This document shows, piece after piece, positions 15,675 to 29,450 of a stretch of DNA of 64,000 bases; positions within the stretch are counted from its first letter, which is position 1; every line of letters starts with the position of its first letter. The stretch is taken from positions 75,764,001 through 75,828,000 of the forward strand of contig OX597819.1 in NCBI GenBank assembly GCA_951406725.2, given 5' to 3'. This DNA is from Octopus vulgaris. Lineage: Eukaryota. The notes under the pieces were generated by a model, which was not told the DNA's origin, did no database searches, and saw only the letters and a list, made by a program, of their open reading frames with translations. Both the position numbers and the translations under genes were made by a program.

Positions 15675-15934
15675 ACTGACGCGTTAATGTTTCTGACCAC
15701 AGCTTTAATAGGAAACGAGATTATAAAGGCAATCCTTCCAGCTATACTTATTCTTAGAGAATTCGATTACTTACGACCAAAATATCACTAACCCTATTTA
15801 CTGAAATTCCTTCAACGATATATTAGGAGGTAAAGTAGAAGAATCCTAAAACTGAAATAAGCGTGAGGTGGGTTATGAAAGCAGTAACCAGAAGCTACTT
15901 GGGCTCTGGGTATGGTAAATAAATTCTTTTATTG

Positions 15935-16380
15935 TTTTATTCTTTTATTTGTTTGACTCATTTGACTGCGGCTATGCTGGAGCACCGCCTCGAAGGGTCT
16001 TAGTCGAACAGATTGTCTCCAGGAGTTATTTTTTTAAAGCCTGGTTCTTATTCTATCGTTATCTTTTGCCGAACCGCTAATTTACGGGACGTAAACACAC
16101 GAACACGGGTCGTCAAGTGTTGGTGGGGAGACAAGAACAGACACAAAGACACACACATCAGTGAAAGAAATCGACCCCAGGATTTATTCTTTGTAAGCCT
16201 AGTACTTATCCTATCGAGTCTTTTGCCGAACCGCTAAGCTTCGTGTACATAAACACACCAACATCGGTTGTTAAGCGATGGTGGGGGAACAAACACATAC
16301 ACGAAGACACGCATAAATATATATACATATATATACACAACGGGCTTCTTTCAGTTTTTGCCTGCCAAATCCACTCATAA
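15935..16380 (-). mobile_element. SINE family B (two partial bodies)
   Basis: Reverse complement of the body at 26640-26815 and 29250-29450 (cttagcggttcggcaaaag...aaggcggtgctccagcatggccgcagtcaaatgactgaaac). Confidence 0.75.
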
Positions 16381-16594
16381 GAGTACATTACATGCAATAA
16401 GAGTACAATACATGCAATAAAAGTACATTACATGCAATAAGAGTACAATACATACAATAAAAGTACATTACATGCAATAAGAGTACAATACATGCAATAG
16501 AAGTACAATACATGCAATAAGTGTACAATACATGCAATAGAAGTACAATACATACAATAAGAGTACAATACATGCAATAAGAGTACAATACATG
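16378..16594. repeat. 20-bp minisatellite (TAAGAGTACAATACATGCAA), about 11 copies
   Basis: Direct reading; contiguous units without spacers. Confidence 0.92.
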
Positions 16595-16664
16595 ACGGCG
16601 ATGAGTTAGAGGTGCTTCAGAAACATCAATTGAAAATATGATAATGAGGATGATAATAACAATA

Positions 16665-17362
16665 AAGGCTTTAAATTTTGGACAAGGCCAGCAGTTTTAA
16701 GGGTGGGACATCCATCCCAGTACTCAACTACCACATTATTTCATCGGCACCGAAAGGCTGAAAGGTAAAGCCTGCGGCTTCAGCAGCATTTGAATTGAAA
16801 ACGTAAGGCCAGAAGAAATGCAACTAAGCATTTTATTGGCCTGTTTAAGGATGCTGCCAACTCACCGCCATAGTAATGATGATAATAATGATGATGATGA
16901 TGATAATGCATTCTAATATAGGCACCAGACCTGAAATTTCGCTTGGAGAGGGGTAGTCGATTACTTCGACACGAAAGGGAAAAAGGCAAAGCTGACCTTC
17001 GCGGAATTTGAACTCAGAACGTAAGAAAGGACGAAATGCTGCTAAATATTTTGCCTGACGAGCTAACAATTCAGCAAGCTCCCTGTCTTGATGATAATGA
17101 TGAAGATGACGACGACGACGACGACGGTGATGGTTTCAAATTTTGGCACAAGGCCAGCAATTTCGGGGAGTGGTTGAGTTGATTTCATCGACCCCAGTGC
17201 TCAACTAGTACTTATTTTATGGGAACATTGCTGATGTGTGAACATTGCCACTGGGAAAACTGCCTAGTTGGGAGTATTGCCACCGGGAAATATTCAGTAA
17301 AATTTTACTTTCACACTCGCCTACAATTATAAATGGAATATGCGTGTGGGTGTGTGCATATG

Positions 17363-17394
<32 letters not shown>

Positions 17395-17453
17395 TGTATG
17401 TATGTATGTATGTATGTATGTATGTATGTATGTATGTATGTATGTATGTATGC

Positions 17454-17492
<39 letters not shown>

Positions 17493-17855
17493 CACGTATG
17501 TACACACATAAATATTTACACACATTTACACACACACACAAATATATTCCATTTACAAATTATACGCAGTTGTGAAAGTCAAATTTTATTGTATATTTCC
17601 CACTGGCAATGCTCCCACGTGGGCAGTTTTCCTAGTAAAATGTTCACACATGGGCAGTGTTCCGAGTGGCAGTGCTCCCAGTGGCAATATTCTCACATGG
17701 GCAATGTTCCTTGTGGCAATCGTACGCGCACGTATTTTATCGACCGTGAAGTGATGAAGGGCAAAGTCGACTTCGGCGTAATTTGAACTCAGAACGGATG
17801 AAATGCCACTAAATATTGTGTCCGGCGTGCTAGCAATTCATCAAGCTCACTGACT
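16665..17855 (-). mobile_element. Cluster of three family A SINEs, the third split by a foldback element
   Basis: Reverse-complement matches to the family A head and core at about 16665-16870, 16910-17090 and 17133-17220 continuing at 17741-17855. Confidence 0.75.
17221..17732. mobile_element. Non-autonomous foldback DNA element (MULE/foldback-like) with sub-repeated inverted arms and 8-bp TSD
   Basis: 17221-17341 is an imperfect inverse of 17542-17661. Arms are built from gggcaatgttcc/cagtggcaat-like units. TATTTTAT is duplicated at 17213-17220 and 17733-17740. Confidence 0.65.
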
Positions 17856-18454
17856 TGATGATGATGTTGATGATGACGATGACGACGACGGTGATGATAA
17901 TGATAATTAATATTATTGTTTTTTATCACCGGTCAATCTCATTTGTTTAATCATGGTTAATTAAAATGATTAATTATACAAATTCGCATAAGGCTAAATA
18001 CTAATACCGGATATTGCGTTTGAGGTCGTGGTGAATAGTTTAATAGTAGAGATTCAATATCTAAGAGTAGAATTATATAAAGCTTATTCATATTGGAAAC
18101 GTTGAAGAAAAACAAAAATCTTGGCAATCTTATATACCCGATTACATCGACCAACAGAATTTGGCAATATTCCTACTTCAGCATTGTACCGCTTAGAAGG
18201 AACAAATCAAATAGGAAACCTCTATGTAGTCGCTTGACAAAAAAGCACCAAGAGACCTTTATGTCGTCTGAAAGAAAGGAAAGGAATATTGGGTAATATG
18301 AATCTAAATACACTATCTGAAAAAAAAAAAAGACAAACGGAATGAACTGGACTAGAAGGCAATCGCTCGGAAGTCTGCTAAATCCAGGCTGAGCAATTGT
18401 TAAATAACCAGTAGAACAGGAACAACCAAGTTGTTCGGATAGAAATATTGAATT

Positions 18455-20980
18455 CAGATTTTGGTACATGGTCAATAATTGTGTGGGATAGGGGTGGATA
18501 AATCGGTCGATTACATCGTCCCCAATGATTTACTGGCTTTTATTTTATCAACTCCTAAAGGTTGAAAGGTAAAGTCGACCTCGGCAGAATTTGAAATCAG
18601 AACGTGAAAACGGACGAAATACCGTTAAGCATTCTACCTGGCGTGCTAACGATTGTGCCTGGTCGCAACCTATATGCTCAGACAGAAATATTCATTTCTG
18701 ATTTTGGGACAATGCTAGAAATTTTGAGGATAGGAGGCTAATCTGTTATATCAACCCCAGTATTTGAGTAGTCCTTATTTTATTTTATAGATTATTGAAA
18801 GGTAAGGTACCCTCGGCTGGAAAACATAAAGAAGTGGATCAAGTGCCGTAAAGTTTTTTCCGACATCAAAGTCTCTGTCTTCTCATCATATAGAAGTAAT
18901 TGTTCGCAACTTAAGGACACGGCCAGTTTTTTAAGGGAAGAAAGGGTCTGTCCATTCCACTCACCCCAATATTTAACAGGTACTTTATCTTATTGGTGGA
19001 GGTAAGTTGACCCTGATGTGCGTATAGAAATAATGGGGTATCTGAATAGATAGTAAACGTTATTTACATTCGAATGAAGGTGGTGAGCTGATAGAATCGC
19101 TATCACACCGGAAAAAATGATTAGCGGCGTTTCTTCCGGCTTTACATTCTGAATTCAAATTCCTGCGAGGTCGATTTTGCCTTTCAGCACTTCGAGATTG
19201 ATGTCACTATAATCGACTAAGATTCTCAAGAATTTCGAGCCTTGTATCAATGGTAGAAAGAATTATTTATACATAAGTAAGACGAACATTAGGTCAACTT
19301 CCGTCTCTACATTATGCTTTAAGTATGTTTCAGTAGATTGCACTAAACATCACCTACGTTATACACGGAACTCCACGAACCAATGAAGGAACTTCTATTT
19401 CCCTCAAATCCCATACCACTGTTTTCTCCGCATATAGAAAAATAACGAAAAAACAAAACAGAATCAACAGGATTCCTACGGCTGGAATGTATTTGATTAT
19501 ATGTTTTCTCGATCAAGATTAACAACAGCAAAACGTGCATTACTTGAGCTAATGTTCAGCCCTTCATAAATCGCACGACATGTAAGAAATACTAACAAAA
19601 TCTCACCATAAATCAGACTGGGTGTGTTGGACAGTGTAGTTCTAGATACATTATAATTGAAAATAAGTTGGGATGATAGTGTTTGGCCATAGATTTACTT
19701 GATTTCATATTTCCGACTGGAGGTAAGTAACATCACTAGCAGCAACAACAGCTAGGTTAAATATTATTTCCTGGTGTTTAAGGCACTTAACTATGGGTCT
19801 TCACATCAAATAATCTAAAGTTTTCTTGCTATTGCTATTTAATAATTTGCCAGTCAGCCCTCTATGAAATTTCAGCTGTGATAATCGCATCTCTTTCTAA
19901 TATCTTTTCCTTTTCCACGAGTAAGATTTAAGGGAGATTTGTCTTATATTTCTTGTAATGTCGAACTATCATTAAGAGACCTCTCTTAGATTCAACGAAT
20001 ATATACTGTTATCTGCTTAGCATGGTGTATTTTGTTAGATGTCTGGAATCTTATGAATATACAACTACCATTATGTTGTTGAAACTTCAATCTACTGGCG
20101 ACAATTTGTAAGAGACATTTGCTTAAGATAATTATTGAATATTTGATTTTACAAGTAGGATACCATTATTCTCATTCACCCTTTTCGTATCAAACCCGCC
20201 TGAGATCGTCCCTTGTTCCTATGACACAAACTGTTTGTTTTAAAGCTATCTAAATAAAAATCTATCAAACGTTTATGTTAACATTTGTTTCAAGCATCAC
20301 CTTAATAATGATTTCAAATTTTGGCCCAAAGCCAGCAACTTCGAGTTGGGTGGGGGGGAAGTTGATTACACCGACAACCAGTATTCAACTGGTACTTATT
20401 TTATCGACCCCGAAAGGATGAAAGGTAAAGTAGACTTCAGCAGGATTTGAACTCAGAAAGTAAAGATGGACGAAATGCCGTAAACATTTTGCCCGGCGCG
20501 CTAACGATTCTGCCAGCCCGCCGCCTTAACAAACACCTCCTTAATATTGACTGGTGTGTTACAAATTTCTTCATCGTCTTAAAACTTTAATGAAACATAG
20601 ACAGTGTATTTCAATAGAAATATGGTAACAAACGGGTTAGCGCAATCCTTAATGTCAAACATTATCGTAATGCCATACGCACAGGCACACTTTTCAATGT
20701 ATCGACAGTAAGACTGAAGATCTCAAGCGAGACAATTTAAAGAAAACCTTGTTTTCAATATTTAATGTCTATTTAAGAGTGACGGACTGGCAGAATCATT
20801 AGCATGTCGGGTAGAATGCTTAGCGGCATTTCATCCACCTTTATTTTCTGAGTTCTAATTCTGCCGAGGTCGACTTTGCCTTTCGGGGTCGATAAAATAA
20901 GTACCAGTTGAGCACTGGGTCGTTGTCATCGATTTCTTCTCCCCTCAGAAGTTGCTAACCCTGTGCCAAAATTCGAAGCT
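18455..20980. mobile_element. Dispersed family A SINEs (18455-18670 -, 19078-19265 +, 20312-20527 -, 20780-20980 +)
   Basis: Family A head and core motifs in both orientations. Confidence 0.75.
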
Positions 20981-21642
20981 ATTCAAGATTACTCGATAAT
21001 TTAACACAAGTACAATGTTGATGTGTAGACCAAACTAAGTATTATAGAAGCATTATTGAATTGCCGCCTTAATAGCGTCAAGAAACCATGGAATGCCATT
21101 CGTAGACAATTGATATAATAGAAATAAGAAAATGTTATATGTCTTTTTCAGGACATTTCTCTCAATTTTTTTTTCTGTTAATCGCATATCTTAACACTTA
21201 TTCCAGCCTAACCTTGCTTTTTCTACGCCATGAAGATTCCATCTCTTGTTTTACCTAATCATGTGACTTGTTTCGACTTTATTAATTGCCTGAAAATTTG
21301 ACTCAATAGCTAGTTGATTCACTAAGGTAGTAATACTTCCTCAATACTTCGAAACTACCAAAATTTTTAGGAACATAGTACACACAACCTAATTATTGAT
21401 TTGCGATGTCTCTGTTATGTGTTTGCATAATTTTCTTACATACATGCATACATATATACATACATACATAAATACATCCATTCACATGCAGAGAGAGAAA
21501 GAAAGAGAGAGAGAGAGAAAGAGAGAGGGAAGAGTTCAGGTGTACTCTGTTAGATTTATATGAATTTTAGAGCTATATATATATATATATGTGTGTGTGT
21601 GTATACATATACATGTATGTATAATGCACACATACATACATA

Positions 21643-21702
<60 letters not shown>

Positions 21703-21861
21703 CTTCATACACTTAAACACACACACACACATCTTTATGCCGTATAATATAAAATATTAAAAATTTTTTGTCATAAAGAAAATATAGTGGTCCTATTTAC
21801 TCATATTGGAATCTCTATCGTTGCTACATCATATATGCTTCAAGTATGCTTCGTCCATACA

Positions 21862-21917
<56 letters not shown>

Positions 21918-21940
21918 CATACATACATACATACATACAT

Positions 21941-22000
<60 letters not shown>

Positions 22001-22529
22001 GTATATATATGTAATGGGAGAGGAGAGCGAGAAGGGATTGAGGGAGCGGGAAAGAGAGCCATGATTACACGTCTTCTAATTGGATGTCATTGTTTCTTGC
22101 AATATGTATTATTTCCTGCATATTTTTGAAAAATGTGTCAACAATGGCTTTCTTAGATTCTCCCATTCTGTATTTAGAATCTTTTCACATCTCTTCCACT
22201 TCCTTCTCTCTGTCATTTTTTTAATATATCTAATGTGACATTATATATATATATTTTTTTCATGTATTTGCAAAACATAATTTTCCTTTTTGATTTTGCG
22301 ATTCTTTCTTCTCTTCACTATTACATTTTTTTTACTCATCCGTATTTTCCAAAATTCGCTGTATATTCCACCCCGACAACTTTCCGTATTCTATTATTTC
22401 TAATTATACATTTCAATCCACGTACGTGTCGATTTTAGCACAGATACACATAAATATATTCAGGTGTATATGCGCATATATATGTATATATATGTGTGTG
22501 TGTGTGTCTCTCTCACTCTTTCTCTCTCT

Positions 22530-22613
22530 CTTTCGATATAAAAACACCAACATCGGTTGTCAAGCGATGGTGGGGGGACAAACACAGGCACATACATACA
22601 TACATATATATAT

Positions 22614-22666
<53 letters not shown>

Positions 22667-22790
22667 CACACATATATATACGACGGGCTTCTTTTAGTTT
22701 CCATCTGCGAAATCCACTCACACGGCTTTGGTCGACCCGAGGCTATAATAGAAGTCACTTGCCCAAGGAACCACGCTGCTTCTTACCACG
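22530..22790 (-). mobile_element. SINE family B
   Basis: Reverse complement of the family B head (gtggatt..cagatggaaact..aagaagcccgtcg) and body, with internal microsatellite. Confidence 0.7.
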
Positions 22791-23015
22791 CGGCCACTGT
22801 ATATATCTACTTGACCAAGTACACTGAAATATGTCCATAGTTTTCTCTTACCTACTAGCAAAGATAAGACTATCCAACCCCTTAGACATGTAAATTGTCT
22901 TTCAGGGATTAAGTCTGAAAGTTTGAAAGCAATCCTGGTGTCCATAGTAGAAGACACTTGGCCAAGGTACCACGCAGCGGAGCCACTCCTGCACCTGTAT
23001 ATATGCCTGCAGATA

Positions 23016-23051
<36 letters not shown>

Positions 23052-23263
23052 TGTATGTATGTATGTATGTATGTATGTATGTATGTATGTATGTATGTAT
23101 GTATGTATCTATCTGTCTTTCTCCAAAAACATATTTCTATTCACAATCTTTTCTTATTTTATTCATCTCATACTGCCACACATTCTCCATTTTAAAATTT
23201 ATCCTTTGTTGTTCAGAGATATTTTATTGCAAAAACAAGTGAACGAAAAGGTATATCGAAATT

Positions 23264-23306
<43 letters not shown>

Positions 23307-23883
23307 AACATAAAAACAAAGAACGGGTAGAGGAAGAGGAACACAAAGAGGCATAAAGAGTGTATAGAAATATATATGGAATGTATATGGATATATACAA
23401 AAGGACAGGCAGCCAGTTATATGTATTAACAGAAGTAGAAAGCGGAATAAAAAAAAAGAGCGGAGGAATCGTAATTCAAGAAATATAAAAATCTTTCGAT
23501 AAAAACATTTTTTGACATTTTCAATCAATGGTACGTTTTATTTTGACATATTCCTCATATTCTAAGAGCGAATAATTCCGCCATTACATTACTCCAAGGA
23601 AAAATATTGGAATAAAAGATAGAAATCCTGTTAAGAATTGATAGTGTTCTACTTCAATAAATCGATTGCCATCGATTAAGAAACATTTAATGGGATAGTT
23701 CGAATCCAGATAGATTCTCTTTTACGAGCGTGAGCATGCGTGCGTGCGTGTGTGTGTGCGTGTGTGTAAGTATGTATGTATGTTTATGTATGTATAATAT
23801 ATATATTTTTATATACATACGTAAACCTATCTATATGTATGTCAGGATATGTATGCATACATGATATACATACATACATACAT

Positions 23884-23929
<46 letters not shown>

Positions 23930-24159
23930 ATTACATGTGTGTGTAGATATATATGCATAGACACACGCATAGACACGCATATATACATATATGTATATAT
24001 TTATGTTTTATATATATATATATATATTTATGTTTTATATATATACATATATATATATATATTCATACATACATATGTACATATGTATATACATGTATAT
24101 ATATATATGTATATATATATACATATATATATTCATACATACATATATACGTATGTATA

Positions 24160-24275
<116 letters not shown>

Positions 24276-24994
24276 TATAGATGTGTGTGTGTGTGTGGGG
24301 GGTGTATGTATAGATGTATTTGCACACACACACACATATAAAGAGTTTTTATTGAAAAATATATTTTTGTCGTCAAAACTATGTAATCGATATGGTACGA
24401 TGAAGAGACTAGTATAATGACTGGAGGTGGTGGGTATTAGTAATATTCCTGATCAATTTCCGATGCACCCTTTGTACTACTCACTATTACTGGCTTTTAT
24501 GATGTAATACTTTTTAACTGTTAATGCATTTGTTATTTTTGTTGTATAACTGTTTAGCCCTAGGTCAGCAGACCGATAAGGCAGACCTGCGATTGAAAGC
24601 TTTTAACTGCACTAACTATTAAATATGGTTGAGTAGTTGAGAAAATCGCAGCAATGATGTTTCAACTTCAATTCCTCTGTGCAGCAAATTGTACGAGTAT
24701 CGTCTACTATAAACTGAGGTTGGTTGGGTCTACCTTGGGAATGGAGTTTGCTGCAGTATCGGTGCAGTACAGTGATTGGAATCAGTTAAAGAATAAATGG
24801 TATCACTCTAATTTCCTGACGTAATCTATGTAGGGTTACATCCTTTAATGTGACCCTCATTTTTAAAGGCTGTGTTTTTTAAGTGATTATCAAGAGTATC
24901 GAATACAGTATTAGAATGTGTCTCAAAATTTTAAATTCAACTCGCACAGTTAACAAAAATACGTAACGTAAGAATAAGGTGATGGAATAATCCT

Positions 24995-25490
24995 TTCTAT
25001 GATAGACAAAGGCCTGAAATCTAAGGACGCGTGGGGGCTAGTCGACTACATCGATTCCAGTATACGCACGGTATTATTTAAAAAAAATATCCGGTAACAT
25101 TGGATGATTTTGTCCTTAATAGTTTAATTAAGCCCTCTGCTCCCCATGGTGCATGATCCATCGATGAATAATCTCGACTCTGGGTTCCAGGTCTTATTCT
25201 ATCGGCCCCGAAGGATGAAAGGCAGAATCGACCGCAGCGGCATTTGTACTCAGAATCGTGCTAACGATTCTGTCAGCTCACCACCCTAAGGAGATAGAAT
25301 AAGTTTATCTACTAAAGGAGCAAGGCCTGAAATTTTGGGAGAGGGGAGTAATCAATTACATCGATCCCAGTGTTTCACAGATACTTATTTTATCGACACC
25401 GAAAGAATGACAGGCAAAGTCGTACACAGTGGAATTTGAACTCAGAACGTCACAACGGATGAAATGCCGCTAAGCATTTTGCCCGGAGTA
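24995..25490 (-). mobile_element. Two family A SINEs
   Basis: caaggcctgaaattttgg...aaagtcg...atttgaactcagaacg motifs. Confidence 0.7.
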
Positions 25491-25536
25491 CAAGTGACTC
25501 TATAGGAAATAAGGGTAAAGACATATATGAAGGAGT

Positions 25537-25865
25537 TAGCCCCCTTCGGTCATGAGTGACCATGGGATTGCACCTAGAAAGTTACCCTCCTAGACACAAG
25601 TCCGGGCAAGGTTGTTTATGGAAGACCAGCAGTCGCCCATGCATACCAGCCTCCCTCTCCACGCCACCAGTGTTATCCAAGGGAAAGACAAAGGTCGATA
25701 CAGCTTGGCACCAGTGACGTCGCAACTCATTTCTACAGCTGAGTGAACTGGAGCAACGTGAAGTAAAGTGCCTTGCTCAAGAACACAACACGCAGCCCGG
25801 TCCGGGATTCGAGCTCACAACCTCACGATCGTAAGCTCGACGCGCTAACCACTGAGCCATGCGCC
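25537..25865 (-). mobile_element. tRNA-derived SINE, family C (well preserved)
   Basis: Minus head ggcgcatggctcagtggttagcgcgtcgagcttacgatcgtgaggttgtgagctcgaatcccggacc has A and B boxes, followed by the conserved tgtgttcttgagcaaggcacttt core. Confidence 0.85.
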
Positions 25866-26429
25866 GAAATCGCATAGAGGCTGGAAACGACTGCTACGTG
25901 GCTGGCATTTTACGGAGATTTTAGCAGGCCAGTATTCAGACCAGCTCTTTGGCTTGAGAATATCTTCATCTCTCTCACCAGACCTAGAGGCCTTGTGAAG
26001 GATTACGGCCATAAGAAATGTCTTTCCCCATGACGAAATGATAAAATAAAACATTCTAGTCATGGCCATCCTGTATGTTTAGATATTTTTAGGACTAAAT
26101 TCCATCTTGAGGTGGTGTGGTAGCTGATGTCCGGCAATGACTGAGGAGTTTGCCAGTAGAGCACAAGTTTCTGTCGGCTCTCCCATACTGGATAGCTCAA
26201 AGGATAGAGGCCAAACTAATATGGACCACTTCTGACCTGCGGTAACAATGGGTTTGCGTAGGGCCACCATCTCTACATAGAAAAAAGAGGTAAAGTTACA
26301 GAAGCACCGATGACAATTCAAAACCAACAGGATCTATGTGGCCTGAGCTACATATGGAGCAAAGGGTTTAACTAAACTCCCAATGATTAAATCATCAAAT
26401 GCCCTCGCTCTCTTTTAAACGATGTTTAG

Positions 26430-26815
26430 GTGCAGGCGTGGCTATGAGGTAAGAAGCTTGCTTTCCGACGACATGGTACTTGGTTCAGTCCCACTGCGTG
26501 GCACTTTGGGCAATATTGTACTTTAGCCTCGGGCCGACCAAATATTTGTACGTAGAACTGGCAGACGGAAACTCAAAGAAGCCTGCTGTATATATATATA
26601 TATATGTGTATCTGTATATATCTATGTGTGTGTGTCTCTCTGTCTCTGTATACGTCCCCGTAACTTAGCAGTTCGGCAAAAGAGACCGATAGAATAAATA
26701 CTAGACTTTAAAAAAATAAGTCCATGGATGGTCGATTTGTTCGACTAAAACTCTTCAAGGCGGTGCCCCATCATGACCGCAGTAAAATCACTGAAACAAG
26801 TAAAAGATAAAAGAT
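26430..26815 (+). mobile_element. tRNA-derived SINE, family B
   Basis: Head ggcgtggct.tg.ggtaagaag.ttgctt..ggttcagtcccactgcgtggcac.ttgggcaa, then microsatellite, then body ending gaaacaagtaaaaga. Confidence 0.8.
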
Positions 26816-27556
26816 GTGATTTGAAGGAGGTTGGGCTGCTTTTTCTAGCAGATGCAACATTATCATAAAGGTTTCCTTCAAGCATATGTTTTATTACGGT
26901 GAATATCCCTTCTAACATCTAATTCAATTACCAAGCACAACTTTCTCTTTATCTACAATAGATTTGAACGCTTCACTCATCAGTTATACTCCAGCTAATT
27001 ATTTCAGATTTACTAATTACTCTCAGTATCGTACATTCAGACAGGAAACCTCAGAAAGGTAGATGTGGCTCGGCGTAGTAACTCAATGTCTTAACAATTC
27101 AAAGCCACGTGTCCTGGCCGAGTACGTATTGAAGCTTTAAAGATTGGACCTAAAGTGTGAACATCAATGGTCGGCCCGTTTCATCAAATTCTGTGTTAGA
27201 TAATGAATTAGTATTATCAAATACTAGTAAAGCATTAGTATCAATGTCTTCAGCAGCGTTTGTCAACCTCCATCCGCTGCTTTGAGCCATTTAAATTAAA
27301 TCATGAAAGTAAAATTGTAATAGACAAAATATTGATTTCTCATATTGAGATGCAGGCTACAGATTTATAGCACAAGAAGTATGGTCGATTTAATCAACTC
27401 TCAGTGTTTTTATCGGTACATTTTAGGTTTTCGGCACTGGATAGACAGAGATAGGAATTAATCTTGGAGGCTTTTGAGCTGAGAAAGGTAAAGATATTTG
27501 ATAAGTTATTCTACCGTTTCTATTATTCAACACTTTATTAATATTTACACATATTA

Positions 27557-28230
27557 AGGTGGCGAGCTGGCAGAAACGTTAGCACGCCGGGCGAAATGCG
27601 TAGCCATTACGTTCTGAGTTCAAATTCCGCCGAGGTCGATTTTGCCTTTCATCCTTTCGGGGTCGATTAAATAAGTACCAGATACGCACTGGGGTCGGTG
27701 TAATCAACTTAATCCGTGTGTCTGTCTATGTTTGTCTCCTCTGTGTTTAGCCCCCTGTGGGTAGTAAAGAAATAGGTATTTCGTATGCCGCTACGTTCTG
27801 AGTTCAAATTTCGCCGAGGTCGACTTTGCCTTTCATCCTTTTGTGGTCGATTAAATAAGTACTAGTCACGCACTTGGGTCGATATAATCGACTTAATCCG
27901 TTTGACTGTCATTGTTTGTCCTTTCTCTGTTTAGCCCCTTCTGGGTAGTAAAGAAATAAGTATTTCGTCTGCCATTACGTTCTGAGTTCAAATTCCGCCG
28001 AGGTCGACTTTGCCTTTCATCCTTTCGAGGTCGATTAAATAAGTACCAGTTGTGCACTGGGGTCGATATAATCGACTTAATCCGTTTGTCTGTCCTTGTT
28101 TGTCCTTTCCGAGGTCGACTTTGCCTTTGGGGTCGATAAATTAAGTATCAGTTGCGTACTGGGGTTGATCTAATCGACTGCATCCCCACTTTCCCCAAAA
28201 CTCGGGCCTTTTACCTAGAGTAGAAAAGAA
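27557..28230 (+). mobile_element. Family A SINE with internal tandem amplification (about 184-bp unit x3 plus a partial)
   Basis: tacgttctgagttcaaatt recurs at about 27608, 27792 and 27977. Confidence 0.85.
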
Positions 28231-28920
28231 TATTTACACATACTAACTCACTCATTTATGTACATACGTATGTATGTATATATATGTACACACAAATACA
28301 CACACATGGCCTCTTGAAGGGTATTGACTCAATGATTAGACTATCCTGTAAAACGCTGATTTTATCAAATAAAAAAGCGTTTCAAACTTCATACCTTCTG
28401 CATTGAGTACTTTCTGTTCGAAATATATATATGTATATATGTGTGTGTGTGTGTGTGTGCGTGTGCGTGTGTGCGTGTGCGTGTGTGTGTATGTGTGTGT
28501 GTACGTGTGTGTTTGTCTCCATGTGTGTATTTATGAGCTTTGGCTTTCCTGCTTAATTTTTTTCCCGGCTTTGGTTGAGTATTTGGAAATGGAATTTGCT
28601 ATCTGGAATGAAAATTTACTGTAATTGATGCCAAATGCTAGAACTGAACATTTCAGATAGCTCGGGGCGTTTATTTAGAAGTTGTTGAACGATAATAAAG
28701 CTTTTGTTTGTGCACGTTCATCCCTCAACGACCATTAACATGCGAACAGGAATTATCTAGGCTTCAAAATTTGAAGTATTATTTCTTTTGTGCCAAGAGT
28801 GATTAATTGGCACCCATTTGGAAACCAGAATGAACAGTAAAAAAATAAATAAAAAAGAAAAATGAAGTGAAAAAAAGGCAGTTCTCACCCATTTTCAAAA
28901 TGAAAAAAAAGAAATAAATA

Positions 28921-29077
28921 GGCGTGGCTGTGTGGTAAGAAGTTTGCTTCCCAACCACATGGTTCCGGGTTCACTCGCACTGCGTGTCACCTTGGGAAAG
29001 TGTCTTCTACTTTAATCCTCAGGCCGACCAAAGTATTGTGAGTGGATTTGGTAGACGGAAACTGAAAGAAGCCCATC

Positions 29078-29118
<41 letters not shown>

Positions 29119-29450
29119 CCATGGTCGTAACTTCAACCGTGCCCTTTCTGTTGTGATTTTTGCTACCCAGGTATCGGTTATCATTTGAATTATCCGTAAT
29201 AAGATAATTCATTTATCTACTTCAATATATATATATATATATATTTGCTTTTGTGTCTGTGTTTGTCATCCACCATCGTTTCTCAACAGATATTGGTGTG
29301 TATATGTCCCCGAAACTTAGCGGTGCGGCATAAGAAACCGATAGAATAAGCAGTAGGCTTACAAAGAATAAGTCCTTGGGTCGATTTGTTGGTGTAAAGG
29401 CGCTGCTCCAGCATGGCCACAGTCAAATGACTGAAACGTGTAAAAGAGTA
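28921..29450 (+). mobile_element. SINE family B
   Basis: Full head at 28921-29080 and body at 29250-29450, separated by microsatellite and a short insert. Confidence 0.8.

Noticed and set aside
16378-16594. CRISPR-like regular repeat
   Set aside because: Units are contiguous with no unique spacers, there are no cas genes, and the context is eukaryotic.
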